DNA from: Candidatus Poseidoniaceae archaeon | GTDB taxonomy: Archaea > Thermoplasmatota > Poseidoniia > Poseidoniales > Poseidoniaceae | Reading direction: 5' to 3' | NCBI GenBank assembly: GCA_049606035.1 | Contig: JBMYVD010000001.1 | Location: 34,244-98,243 of the forward strand | DNA: 64,000 nt | Shown: piece by piece, positions 20,073 to 29,178 of the stretch | Position numbering within the stretch: the first letter of the stretch is position 1 | How the letters are laid out: the number at the start of each line of letters is the position of its first letter | The notes under the pieces: model-generated | What the model was told of the DNA's origin: nothing | What the model saw: only the letters and a program-made list of their open reading frames with translations | The model's database searches: none | Made by a program: the position numbers and the translations under genes

Positions 20073-20728
20073 TCCAATAACCTCAACAAAATTCTGTCAC
20101 CTAGTTCTTCAGATATTGAGAATTCCTCACCATTGAGAAAAATCCCAGAGGCGGTTCTTTCGACCATGTCTCCTATTCTTATTCCTACAGATTTCAAGAC
20201 CTCTCTTGTTGCAGATGTCGTCATAATCAATGCCACTTCTGCTTTCTGTGAAACGGCAAGACCTGAAAGTTTTGATACGGATGGATTCTGTTCAAGCCGA
20301 TGCGCAATCCTCGAATTAGCAGGCGGGATTGTTTTTCCTGATGGATCTGTTTCCGGGTTTCCAAGAAGGAGTGAAATACAAACTTCTAGATCATCGTTGA
20401 ATGCATGTTCAAGCCGACAGGCTGTTTCGTGGACATCCCCTTCAAACGGCAGTTGAGTTAGCAAGACTTCTGCTAACCTATGTCTTCTTTTCATCATCAT
20501 TCCGTGCTCAAGTCCCTTTTCAGTCAACATTGCACCTTTGTATGGAACGTAGTCAACAAATCCGTTTTTTGCTAACCTTTGAATCATCTCTGTTGCAGAC
20601 GCAGGTGAAACACCAAGGTACTTTGCAAGTTCACCATTTCTTACTCTCTCGCCGGGAATTCTTTCATTGAATTCATAGAGTGTCTCAAGGTACTCGTCTT
20701 CAAACTCTTGGAAATGTCCTGTAACCAT
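20069..20728 (-). CDS. DtxR/MntR-family metal-dependent transcriptional regulator with FeoA-like C-terminal domain
   Basis: wHTH (LAKYLGVSPASATEMIQRLAKNGFV) plus metal-binding helix and C-terminal SH3-like domain. Confidence 0.8.
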   Translation of the reverse strand: MVTGHFQEFEDEYLETLYEFNERIPGERVRNGELAKYLGVSPASATEMIQRLAKNGFVDYVPYKGAMLTEKGLEHGMMMKRRHRLAEVLLTQLPFEGDVHETACRLEHAFNDDLEVCISLLLGNPETDPSGKTIPPANSRIAHRLEQNPSVSKLSGLAVSQKAEVALIMTTSATREVLKSVGIRIGDMVERTASGIFLNGEEFSISEELGDRILLRLLE

Positions 20729-20737
20729 TCTATCCCC

Positions 20738-23161
20738 TCATCCTTTCCTTGCTTCGAATATTGTGCTGCACGCCGGGCACCTAGCCTTTGCAGGCCTCTT
20801 ATCATATGGAACCTTTAGTTTCCTAGTACATTTTGGACAACCGAGAATATCGTTATCCGAAGAAGAAAACAAATCTTGTGAAGGTGTTGATTTTTCTTCC
20901 TGTTTTTGCTTCTCTTCTGGAATTGGAGTCTCAACCTTGGCTTCGACATCAAATTTAGTTTCACATTCCGGACATCTCACTGCACCTGTGTATGTACTTG
21001 GAACACGTAACCTACGGTCGCAGGTTGGACATGCAACCTCGATTTTTTCCTCTTTAGAAGTGGACGCTTTGGTAGATTTAGGCGTTTTTTCTTTCTTTTC
21101 TCTTGCAGGAGAATTCTTGATTCGAACTGCGAAAATAACTACCATTCCTAGGGCTAATCCTCCCAAGATTCCTCCCCAAGGTATCTCAAAACCCTCATCC
21201 TCTGACTCCGCCTTTTCAGAGTTCACCAATACATCATCACTAACCGATTTTCCACCAACGTACCATGTTACTGATATTTTCACATTCTCTCCATCAGGCC
21301 AGTTTACAACAGTGCTATGGTCTGTGCTTCCCGAAGTTACCTCCGGACTAGTATCACTCCCCAATATTTCACCTGATGCATCAGTGACAACTATCTGTCC
21401 TTGTGGGATTGAACCCGTTGCGATATTGGTCAAGGTGTAGTAAACAGTCACTTTTGATCCAGCAGTAGGAACTCTAGGTTGTGTGTTCGGATTGACAGTG
21501 ATTTGGGGATTAATTTCGAAACTTGGCATTTGGGTTTCATCATCGGTGAAAGATGAGAAACCAATCGTCCATTCAATCGCTGACAAGTCGATGTAGACTT
21601 CTTGCCCATCTTGGAATCCAATATTGACATCACCATATGTAATTCCGGGTAGAAGTAGGCGTTCCTCAATAATTGCATCACCCTTCAAACCATCTTGTAT
21701 CGCTCCGAATTTCAGATTCACTAGCCTGTCTTTACCCTCAGAAAGCTCGGCAGACCAAGAAATTACAACTCCCTCGTCTTCGACATCAACGCTTTCTATC
21801 TCAAATAAAATCACTTGGGAATCTAAAACTGGTATTGAAATTGAACCCGACAAAATAGAATCGACAACTCCGTCATCACTTACAATTGACCAGTTTACCA
21901 GTTTATCTCCAGAAGAAGCAACAGAGAATGAGTGACTTACCTCTCCTGCTTTACCGCTATCAAGCGAAATTGTTGGACCGTCTTGTAAAACTCCACCCAT
22001 CTCGATTTCAAGATGCGCAGTTCCAATTGCATCACCTTCGTTTCGCAATAGTAGTGACAATGTAATGTCATCACCAGCATGCCATGGCCCACCTAGGATA
22101 GAAGGAGTAGAATGGCCAGCTCCAACGAATATTGCCGATATCATTTCTACAGAGTCTGTTGCGTTAATGGTAAATGAAGTCCTTGCTCCCGATGTAGTAC
22201 AGACAACTTGCCCTGGTTTGGAGTTCATCGAAATCGTGTAATTTGAATATCCACCTGTCGAGATGTTGACTTGATTGGAGAAGAACTCAACTCCATCTAT
22301 ACTACAGAGTAAACCCCCCGAGAAATTTGATTCTCCTGTGTTATTTGCATGTAATACCCAATCCATTGCATCCCCCGGCGCTGGCTGAGTAATTCTTTCC
22401 AGACTCAACTGAATCTCAGGTAGTGGCGGTGGGCCAACCGTGAAGGTTGTTTGAAATGTGTCGTCAGATGAATCTGAATCCTGCGTACCATTTAGTGATA
22501 CGTTAAGAAAATGAATACCTTCGGTAAGTTGTTGAGTTGTAAAACTCACTATTTCGGTTGAATCTCCTGAGATATTTACAGATTGCTCACCCAGTATAAT
22601 TGAATCTAGACTCAGATTGAGTGACCCATTCCAAGGCACGTCACCTGAGTTGATTATTGGCACCTCTATTTCGGCATAATCACCGTCATTAACAGTAAAA
22701 TTACCAGTTGGATTACCGTCTCCATCCACCGGATTAATCGTTGGTTCTGCTACGGAAATTTCCAACGGCCTCAACCGTTGGATTATTGTGCTGTAGTTTG
22801 TATACTGACCTTGACCTGGTGTTCCAACATCGCCAGTTATGACTATAGATAGGTTAGAATATCCTAATGGCGCGTCACCAACTGTTGTTTCGACAAATGA
22901 ATATGAACCATCATTGACCAAAACATTGCCACTGTCATAATCGATAATCGACCCATTTTCACCGGTAAGGGTAACATTCCAATTTACAGATGCTGAACTC
23001 GCACCGCCAACTCCTATCATCGTTATATTGAGCGATATCGGACCTTCTCCAATCTCTCCATCGCCTGAAATTGAGATTGTCTCAATCACACCGCCAGTAG
23101 CATTTACTTGTGGAACAAGAGCCATTGCAAAGAGGAATGCAACTAGAATGGCTCGTCGCAT
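20738..23161 (-). CDS. Large surface protein: signal peptide, Ig-like repeats, C-terminal TM, cytoplasmic tail with two MJ0042-type zinc ribbons
   Basis: N-terminal signal peptide; GGILGGLALGMVVIFAV TM; VACPTCDRRLRVP..RCPECETKF and GCPKCTRKLKVP..RCPACSTIF. Confidence 0.7.
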   Translation of the reverse strand: MRRAILVAFLFAMALVPQVNATGGVIETISISGDGEIGEGPISLNITMIGVGGASSASVNWNVTLTGENGSIIDYDSGNVLVNDGSYSFVETTVGDAPLGYSNLSIVITGDVGTPGQGQYTNYSTIIQRLRPLEISVAEPTINPVDGDGNPTGNFTVNDGDYAEIEVPIINSGDVPWNGSLNLSLDSIILGEQSVNISGDSTEIVSFTTQQLTEGIHFLNVSLNGTQDSDSSDDTFQTTFTVGPPPLPEIQLSLERITQPAPGDAMDWVLHANNTGESNFSGGLLCSIDGVEFFSNQVNISTGGYSNYTISMNSKPGQVVCTTSGARTSFTINATDSVEMISAIFVGAGHSTPSILGGPWHAGDDITLSLLLRNEGDAIGTAHLEIEMGGVLQDGPTISLDSGKAGEVSHSFSVASSGDKLVNWSIVSDDGVVDSILSGSISIPVLDSQVILFEIESVDVEDEGVVISWSAELSEGKDRLVNLKFGAIQDGLKGDAIIEERLLLPGITYGDVNIGFQDGQEVYIDLSAIEWTIGFSSFTDDETQMPSFEINPQITVNPNTQPRVPTAGSKVTVYYTLTNIATGSIPQGQIVVTDASGEILGSDTSPEVTSGSTDHSTVVNWPDGENVKISVTWYVGGKSVSDDVLVNSEKAESEDEGFEIPWGGILGGLALGMVVIFAVRIKNSPAREKKEKTPKSTKASTSKEEKIEVACPTCDRRLRVPSTYTGAVRCPECETKFDVEAKVETPIPEEKQKQEEKSTPSQDLFSSSDNDILGCPKCTRKLKVPYDKRPAKARCPACSTIFEARKG

Positions 23162-23196
23162 GGTGTATGCTCATCGGACGGGGGTTATGACCTTCA

Positions 23197-23214
23197 CCCA
23201 CCCTTTAGGGTGGG
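23197..23214. promoter_or_regulatory. Perfect 7-bp inverted repeat CCCACCC-TTTA-GGGTGGG in the divergent intergenic region (candidate operator)
   Basis: Seen directly; lies between divergent start codons at 23161 (-) and about 23259 (+). Confidence 0.3.
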
Positions 23215-23258
23215 ACGCAGCATTTATTGAAGGAGGGCAGGTGGCCGCAGTGATTCCA

Positions 23259-24089
23259 ATGGATGCGAACGACCTTCTCGCAGTCTCACCTAAACTTCTT
23301 GCTCAAGCAATTCTGCACCGTAGAGAAAGGATTGCAGAGATGATTCCAAGCGATTTAGAAGAACGGAAGGAGGAGCTACAAACCGCTGAACCAATGGCTA
23401 AAAACGCCAGAGAAGAGCGCGACAAAATCAACTCAAAGGTAGCCAATTTGAAGAATGAAAGGAACACGGCACAGAAGGAAGCCCGTCAACTGTTCGAAAG
23501 GGCTAATGAGATTCGGGAACAACTCATTGCAGAAGGCGGATTGAAGAATCCAGACCCAAAGTGGGCAAAGGACAAATTGTCTGCGAAATTGCAATCTCTG
23601 GAAAATCAACTAGAAACAAGCGCTGGCACTCACAAGACCGAAGAGAAATTCATCAATGAAATGAAGTCTCTGATCAGAGAACATGAAGAATGGGTAGAGG
23701 AGAGAACATCATCACAGCCTCTTGTCAAAGAAATGAAAGATGCAAGGTCAAAGGCTCGAAAACTATTGGACTCTGCTCAGAAAGCGCACGATGCGATGGT
23801 TGAATTGGTAAAATCAAACGAGGAAATGCACGAATCTTACGTCAAGTGGGAAGATGCAAGGGCCAGAGCTAGGTCTCGTACATCGAGACTTGAAAATGCA
23901 CTAAGTTCCAGTCAGGACGCTTTACAGTTCTGGAAAAACAGAGTTGAGGAAGATAACTTCAACGACCTACTCACAGATTCGGTTAGAGTAAGAGAAGGAG
24001 GTCCTTCATCCAAATCAATTGCAAGAGCAAAGAAGGCCGAAAGAGAAGCAGAGGCTAAACAAAACTCAGCAGGAGTTGAGGAAGAATGA
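23259..24089 (+). CDS. Archaeal coiled-coil protein, COG1340-like, paralog B (start trimmed to MDANDLL to leave a divergent promoter region)
   Basis: Coiled-coil; KLSAKLQSLENQLETSAGTHKTEEKFINEMKSL central motif. Confidence 0.6.
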   Translation: MDANDLLAVSPKLLAQAILHRRERIAEMIPSDLEERKEELQTAEPMAKNAREERDKINSKVANLKNERNTAQKEARQLFERANEIREQLIAEGGLKNPDPKWAKDKLSAKLQSLENQLETSAGTHKTEEKFINEMKSLIREHEEWVEERTSSQPLVKEMKDARSKARKLLDSAQKAHDAMVELVKSNEEMHESYVKWEDARARARSRTSRLENALSSSQDALQFWKNRVEEDNFNDLLTDSVRVREGGPSSKSIARAKKAEREAEAKQNSAGVEEE

Positions 24090-26170
24090 GCGAAGTCTGC
24101 GAGATTACTGGATTGTCAAAGGGTGACGCGACAAAATTATCCTACCTACATAAGCACATTACTCAGGGTAGCGAAATACCAATTCCGGATGAAAAGTCAT
24201 TGAGTGGATTCATCAAACCTTTAGAGAACACTGTTTCCTCCAACAGAATCCACAACAGTGAGCAAAAGAGGAAAGATAGTTTGCTAAAACACTTAGAGAA
24301 AAGCATTGCTTCAAAGTTTGAGGGAGCAAAACTTTCTCCATTTGGCTCCGCAGAGAGCGGACTTTCCCTTAAAGGAGGAGATTTTGACCTGTGCCTACAA
24401 ATCCCGAACGCTGACGAAAAGAAAACCATCAAACGAATAGGTGGAATGCTAAGAGGTCAAGGTATGGAGAAAGTACAGACAATTACCAGAGCAAAGGTAC
24501 CTATAGTCAAGTTCATTGACCCTCGAAGTGGCCTAAATGTTGACATCTCAATCAACAATTCACTAGCATTGTACAACACTAAATTGCTATCTTCATACGC
24601 CAAAATGGACAAGCGAGTGAAGGATCTTGCAATTTGTGTTAAGCACTGGGCCTTACACAGAAATGTTTCAGATTCGGTAAATGGAACACTATCATCATAC
24701 GCATGGTCAATCCTTGTAATCAACCACTTACAAGAGCAACAGGTGATCCCAAACCTGCAAAGTGGAGAGGATAGAACCATAATCGAGATAGACGGAAAAG
24801 AATTTGACATTACAGTGAATGAAGATGCTTCTCTTGCTCAACCAAGTCAACAAAATATCGCAGAATTAGCAATGTCATTTTTCAGAAATTATGCAACGAA
24901 GGACTGGGAAAATGAAGTGATTTCTATTCGAAATGGTAAATCCATCTCAAGAGACGAAAAGGGATGGATGAATGAAAATCCAACAGCACTAGAGATTTAC
25001 AACAGCGATAAGGAAAATCCGGGAAAGATGGGAGAGCACCATCTAGCTATTGAAGACCCATTTGAGACCGACCATGACCTGTGCAGGGTTGTTCGCGCCG
25101 AAGGTGAATTACGGATTAGAAATGAATTACTCAGGGCTGCAGAGTTGTTTGGAAGCGGCTCTACTTGGAAGGAAATCTGCGAAACCGTAGACGCTGATAG
25201 ATTGAAAGGCATGGAACCAGTTGACATTTTCCACGATCTGCGTGATAAAAACGACGACTTGGTTAGAAACATGTTGGAGAAAACCAAAGCAGAAATGGAT
25301 GCCGTTGACAGGCTGATAGACGCATTGGAATCTGAGCGACAGTCCACACTTAGAATGGCTAAAGCAATGCGTGGAGTTATTGAGGAAACTTCAGACTTGA
25401 GGAAGGAACACAAAGCGATTATCACAGGCCTAAAATCCAGGAACAAAGAAATCGATGAAATCAAAGTAAAAAGAGACAAAATCAACTCTGACATCATCCT
25501 CCCAATACACATGATTGAGGATGAATTATCCAAAGTTTACAATAGACTTACTGAGGAATTAGACATCCACAGAGTTCCTTCTTTAGCCAAAGAAAAGGAA
25601 CAGTTTTCTTGGTTCATGGAATTGCAAGCAATGCACGGTAAGGCAAGAGAGGCAAGTGAACTCCATCACAGATTCGTCGAGTTGGTAAAAGAGCAGAAAG
25701 AGGAAATCAAGAAATTGAAGATTTATGAAACCAAACACGATGATGCAACCGCAAAACTGCTCCAAGATGAACCGATGTTAAAGGACAAAAACATCAACTC
25801 CAAGGAAGTCGGTTCTTACGACAGACGTGTTCACAATATTCAGAGGGCTTTGAGACAGAGGCGAGGGGAAATGCACAAACTTCGCCGAGAAGCTGGCCGT
25901 TTGGATGCTTGGCTGCGCAAAAAATCTGGCGACCAAAACCGTGGGAGAGGTCGTGGCAAAGGAAACCGCAGAGGCCAAAAACCGAGAGAAAAGAAAGAGG
26001 AGTCTGGCCCCATGACCCTGGGGGACATTTCCGGGTTACTATCTGGCATGGGTACAGGATCATCGAGCAAAAGAACAAGGAAGGTCAGTTCCAAGAAGGC
26101 TGGAATGCGCAAAATGGGCAACTTAGGTGCACACAGAGGCTCTAGAAGTCAATTCAAAAAGAAAGAGTGA
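24086..26170 (+). CDS. Cid1/GLD-2/Trf4-like terminal nucleotidyltransferase (Pol-beta NTase plus PAP/OAS1 substrate-binding domain) fused to coiled-coil and RG-rich basic tail
   Basis: FGSAESGLSLKGGDFDL; AKVPIVKF; NVDISINN; NTKLLSSY; VKHWA; GTLSSYAWSILVINHLQ; C-terminal RGRGRGKGNRRG. Confidence 0.8.
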   Translation: MSEVCEITGLSKGDATKLSYLHKHITQGSEIPIPDEKSLSGFIKPLENTVSSNRIHNSEQKRKDSLLKHLEKSIASKFEGAKLSPFGSAESGLSLKGGDFDLCLQIPNADEKKTIKRIGGMLRGQGMEKVQTITRAKVPIVKFIDPRSGLNVDISINNSLALYNTKLLSSYAKMDKRVKDLAICVKHWALHRNVSDSVNGTLSSYAWSILVINHLQEQQVIPNLQSGEDRTIIEIDGKEFDITVNEDASLAQPSQQNIAELAMSFFRNYATKDWENEVISIRNGKSISRDEKGWMNENPTALEIYNSDKENPGKMGEHHLAIEDPFETDHDLCRVVRAEGELRIRNELLRAAELFGSGSTWKEICETVDADRLKGMEPVDIFHDLRDKNDDLVRNMLEKTKAEMDAVDRLIDALESERQSTLRMAKAMRGVIEETSDLRKEHKAIITGLKSRNKEIDEIKVKRDKINSDIILPIHMIEDELSKVYNRLTEELDIHRVPSLAKEKEQFSWFMELQAMHGKAREASELHHRFVELVKEQKEEIKKLKIYETKHDDATAKLLQDEPMLKDKNINSKEVGSYDRRVHNIQRALRQRRGEMHKLRREAGRLDAWLRKKSGDQNRGRGRGKGNRRGQKPREKKEESGPMTLGDISGLLSGMGTGSSSKRTRKVSSKKAGMRKMGNLGAHRGSRSQFKKKE

Positions 26171-26175
26171 GATAA

Positions 26176-26664
26176 ATGGGCTTAGATTCGAGTGATAAAT
26201 TCGCTCGTTGGTGTTTGGGCCCAGCACCAAAGTCTCTTGATGCTGAAAGTGTGGAGATAATTCGCCAGTTATTTTTAGACCAAACTGGAGAAAGATATGC
26301 TTCTGAATCCGTGAGAACACTCCCTATTCCAGAGTGGAGAGGGAATCTCGTTTTGTTGGATTCTAACAATATGATTCGTGGCGTGTTGTGGGGTAATAAA
26401 TTCAAAGAAAATAGGGTTAGAATCGTGGCTTTTGCGATAGATTCTGATTTCAAAGGTAGAGGATTTGGGTCGCAAGCATGGGAAATGCTTGTCGACGCAG
26501 CATTCGCAGACGGACGCAACGAGATACAACTAGAGGTAAGAGGGGATAATAAATTCGCGATTGAATTCTATAAAAGGAGAGGCTTAGAGATTGTTTCAAC
26601 CTTGGAGGGATACTACAAAGCAGGTATTGGTTACGTAATGCGAGGAAAGATTTCATCCAAATAG
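26176..26664 (+). CDS. GNAT-family N-acetyltransferase
   Basis: VAFAIDSDFKGRGFGSQAWEMLVDAA..IQLEVRGDNKFAIEFYKRRGLEIV acetyl-CoA binding motifs. Confidence 0.8.
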   Translation: MGLDSSDKFARWCLGPAPKSLDAESVEIIRQLFLDQTGERYASESVRTLPIPEWRGNLVLLDSNNMIRGVLWGNKFKENRVRIVAFAIDSDFKGRGFGSQAWEMLVDAAFADGRNEIQLEVRGDNKFAIEFYKRRGLEIVSTLEGYYKAGIGYVMRGKISSK

Positions 26665-26666
26665 TA

Positions 26667-26999
26667 TTGAAGTGCCATCGCTTGAGATGGACTGTGGGAA
26701 TCAGAATCATTGCCGACCTTGTGGATGAGGAATGCATCATTTCAGCAGCATTACTAGACCCAGAAGGATTCACAATTGAGAGAACTTCAAACGAATTCAA
26801 ACCCAAAGTAATGATTGAGTTGTTGGACCTACAATCAGAGGATAAGATGATCACTATTGTCGGTGAGCATTCAACAGTTATCTGCTCACGTATTGACACT
26901 GGTCACTGCATCGTAATTCAGTGTCCAAACGGTAGCAATTTAGGTAAAGCTAGACAAAGATTGTCAGCCGCTTGTAGCGCAATTCCACCCTTTTTATGA
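26667..26999 (+). CDS. Roadblock/LC7 (MglB-like) domain protein
   Basis: About 110 aa; ISAALLDPEGFTIERTS..ITIVGEHSTVICSRIDTGHCIVIQ pattern of Robl fold. Confidence 0.55.
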   Translation: MKCHRLRWTVGIRIIADLVDEECIISAALLDPEGFTIERTSNEFKPKVMIELLDLQSEDKMITIVGEHSTVICSRIDTGHCIVIQCPNGSNLGKARQRLSAACSAIPPFL

Positions 27000-27052
27000 A
27001 AGTCTCCCGTAGGGAGGCTTCAAATGGGATAGGTAAGTCGCAAACTCGCTGA

Positions 27053-27967
27053 GTGTACGGGAGTACAAGGCGAACAGGTGCGATGGTAATGGCAGAATTG
27101 AAGGATACTTTGGAAGAAAAGCGCAAACTGGTCAATCAAAAAGCGACTCAATATCGCAACACCAGAGATGATTGGAACTCCAGAACAAAGGAACATACCG
27201 TCATCAGAAACGAACTGAATGCAGAGGTTCGTGAACTAATCCAAAATGTCCGCCAACAGCGTGAAATTCGTGAACAAATGAACGAGTTGGTAAGAGAAAA
27301 GAAATCTATTCGTGCTGAAGCAAATAAGAAGGTCAAGGCTGCAAAGTCAATGCTAGATTCTGAAAGGTCTGAGAAGGACGACAGAGATTCAGGTCCAAGA
27401 GGCCGTAGAGAAAAGAAAGTGACTGTTCACTCTCTGCGCCGTGAATTCGACAGGCTAGAACGAGAAATGGAAATGGGTAAGCACCTAGGTCAAAACGAAA
27501 AGAAAGCAATGAAGCGAATGAAAGAAATTCGTGCAAAGATTCGTGAAATGCAAGCATCTGAAGACTCCAATGGAGATTTGAAAGAAGCACGTGGCATGCT
27601 AAGAGAAGCAATGGTCGAGCAAGAGGCCGCTCACGTTGAGGTACAGAAAGCTGCACAAGCCGCTCAAGAAGCACACGACTTAATGCTACAGTGGAATAAA
27701 GAGGTTGACAGACAAAGAGAACTCGCAGAAGAGGCTCATCGTGAACTTAGAAAGTCAAAGAAGGAGGCTGACAAAGCACACCACTTCTACATTGTATCAC
27801 TGAGGTGCCTACATTCAATCCAAGATATACTACGTGCAATGCAAGGAACTGCAACAGGAGAGTCACAGCGTGGAGCACGTGGTGAAGTCCAAGATTTGAT
27901 GTCCAAGTTAATGAGTGGAGATACGCTTTCCACTGAGGAACTTATGCAACTTCAACGCTTTGACTAA
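27053..27967 (+). CDS. Archaeal coiled-coil protein, COG1340-like, paralog C
   Basis: VTVHSLRREFDRLEREMEMGKHLGQNEKKAMKRMKEIRAKIREM central motif; N-terminal R/E-rich heptads. Confidence 0.7.
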   Translation: MYGSTRRTGAMVMAELKDTLEEKRKLVNQKATQYRNTRDDWNSRTKEHTVIRNELNAEVRELIQNVRQQREIREQMNELVREKKSIRAEANKKVKAAKSMLDSERSEKDDRDSGPRGRREKKVTVHSLRREFDRLEREMEMGKHLGQNEKKAMKRMKEIRAKIREMQASEDSNGDLKEARGMLREAMVEQEAAHVEVQKAAQAAQEAHDLMLQWNKEVDRQRELAEEAHRELRKSKKEADKAHHFYIVSLRCLHSIQDILRAMQGTATGESQRGARGEVQDLMSKLMSGDTLSTEELMQLQRFD

Positions 27968-28013
27968 CTACAAAGGCCATCGAGTATCACAATGGTATTA
28001 GGGGAGTTGTAAG

Positions 28014-29171
28014 ATGATTGGCAAAGATGAGATTGCAGGGATAATCGAAGACTACGACCGTCTCAAATTGAGAGTTGGCATGACGGCAAGTCACTCAGCC
28101 CTAGACATCTGTGATGGTGCTATCGAGGAAGGATTCCCCACCGTTGCATATTGTCAAAAAGGTAGGGACAAGACTTACTCTCAATATTTCAAAACTCAGC
28201 GCACCGTTTCTGGAAGAGTCAGAAGGGGAATGGTCGACAAAGCAATCGTCATGGATTCTTTCAACGATGTTATGAATCCAACAATGCAGGATGAAATGCG
28301 AAGGAGAAACGTAATTTATATCCCAAACAGATCTTTCACCTCTTATTCCAGCATCGATGATGTAGAGAATAACTTCCATGTTCCCATGTTTGGCTCACGC
28401 AATATGCTGAGAATGGAAGAGCGTACAGAAGACCAGGATTATTATTGGATCTTGGACAAAGCAGGTCTTCCATACCCCGAAGCAATCGAGGACCCCCAGG
28501 ATATCGATTGCTTGGTAATCGTGAAACTTCACCATGCCCAAAAGAAGTTGGAGAGAGGTTTCTTCACCTGTGCATCTTACGAAGAATACCTAGAGAAATC
28601 ACAAACATTACTCAAGGAAGGTACAATCGACCAAGCAAGTCTCGATGGTGCTCGAATCGAAAGATACGTTATCGGTCCAGTGTTTAACTTGAATTTCTTT
28701 TACAGCCCTCTTGAAGAAGACATGCCTAAGTTAGAACTCCTTGGAGTAGATTGGAGATTTGAGTCTTCACTTGACGGTCACGTCAGACTACCTGCTCCAC
28801 AACAGATGACTATGCCTGCTCACCAACAAATCCCAGAGATGACAGTTGTTGGTCACAACACAGCAACAATCAGAGAATCCCTACTTGAGAAGGCATTTGA
28901 ACTAGGTGAGAAATTCATCACTGCTTCAAAGGAACATTACGACCCAGGAATAATTGGCCCGTTCTGTCTTCAAACATGTATCGACAAGGACATGAATTAC
29001 TCAATCTACGATGTTGCTCCACGTTTAGGTGGAGGCACAAACGTACACGTTTCTGTTGGTCATCCATACGGAAATGCAACATGGCGTCAGCCAGTTTCCT
29101 CTGGTCGCAGAATTGCGATGGAACTGAGAAGAGCTGCAGAACAAGACCGACTACTCGAAGTATTGACTTGA
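28014..29171 (+). CDS. purP: 5-formaminoimidazole-4-carboxamide ribonucleotide synthetase PurP (archaeal ATP-grasp)
   Basis: MxxxxEIxxIIEDYD..MTASHSALDICDGAIEEGF N-terminal PurP signature; about 385 aa. Confidence 0.8.
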   Translation: MIGKDEIAGIIEDYDRLKLRVGMTASHSALDICDGAIEEGFPTVAYCQKGRDKTYSQYFKTQRTVSGRVRRGMVDKAIVMDSFNDVMNPTMQDEMRRRNVIYIPNRSFTSYSSIDDVENNFHVPMFGSRNMLRMEERTEDQDYYWILDKAGLPYPEAIEDPQDIDCLVIVKLHHAQKKLERGFFTCASYEEYLEKSQTLLKEGTIDQASLDGARIERYVIGPVFNLNFFYSPLEEDMPKLELLGVDWRFESSLDGHVRLPAPQQMTMPAHQQIPEMTVVGHNTATIRESLLEKAFELGEKFITASKEHYDPGIIGPFCLQTCIDKDMNYSIYDVAPRLGGGTNVHVSVGHPYGNATWRQPVSSGRRIAMELRRAAEQDRLLEVLT

Positions 29172-29178
29172 GGTTGGT

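Noticed and set aside
23028-23258. N-terminal extension of the coiled-coil B ORF (start at 23028, 23148 or 23160)
   Set aside because: It would overlap the divergently transcribed surface-protein gene start (23161), leaving no promoter region. The extension has no coiled-coil character, so the start was trimmed to about 23259.
24997-25533. 178-aa ORF on the minus strand
   Set aside because: It is entirely inside, and antisense to, the well-supported NTase-coiled-coil gene. It is Ser/Leu-rich, as expected opposite a Glu/Lys-rich coiled-coil.
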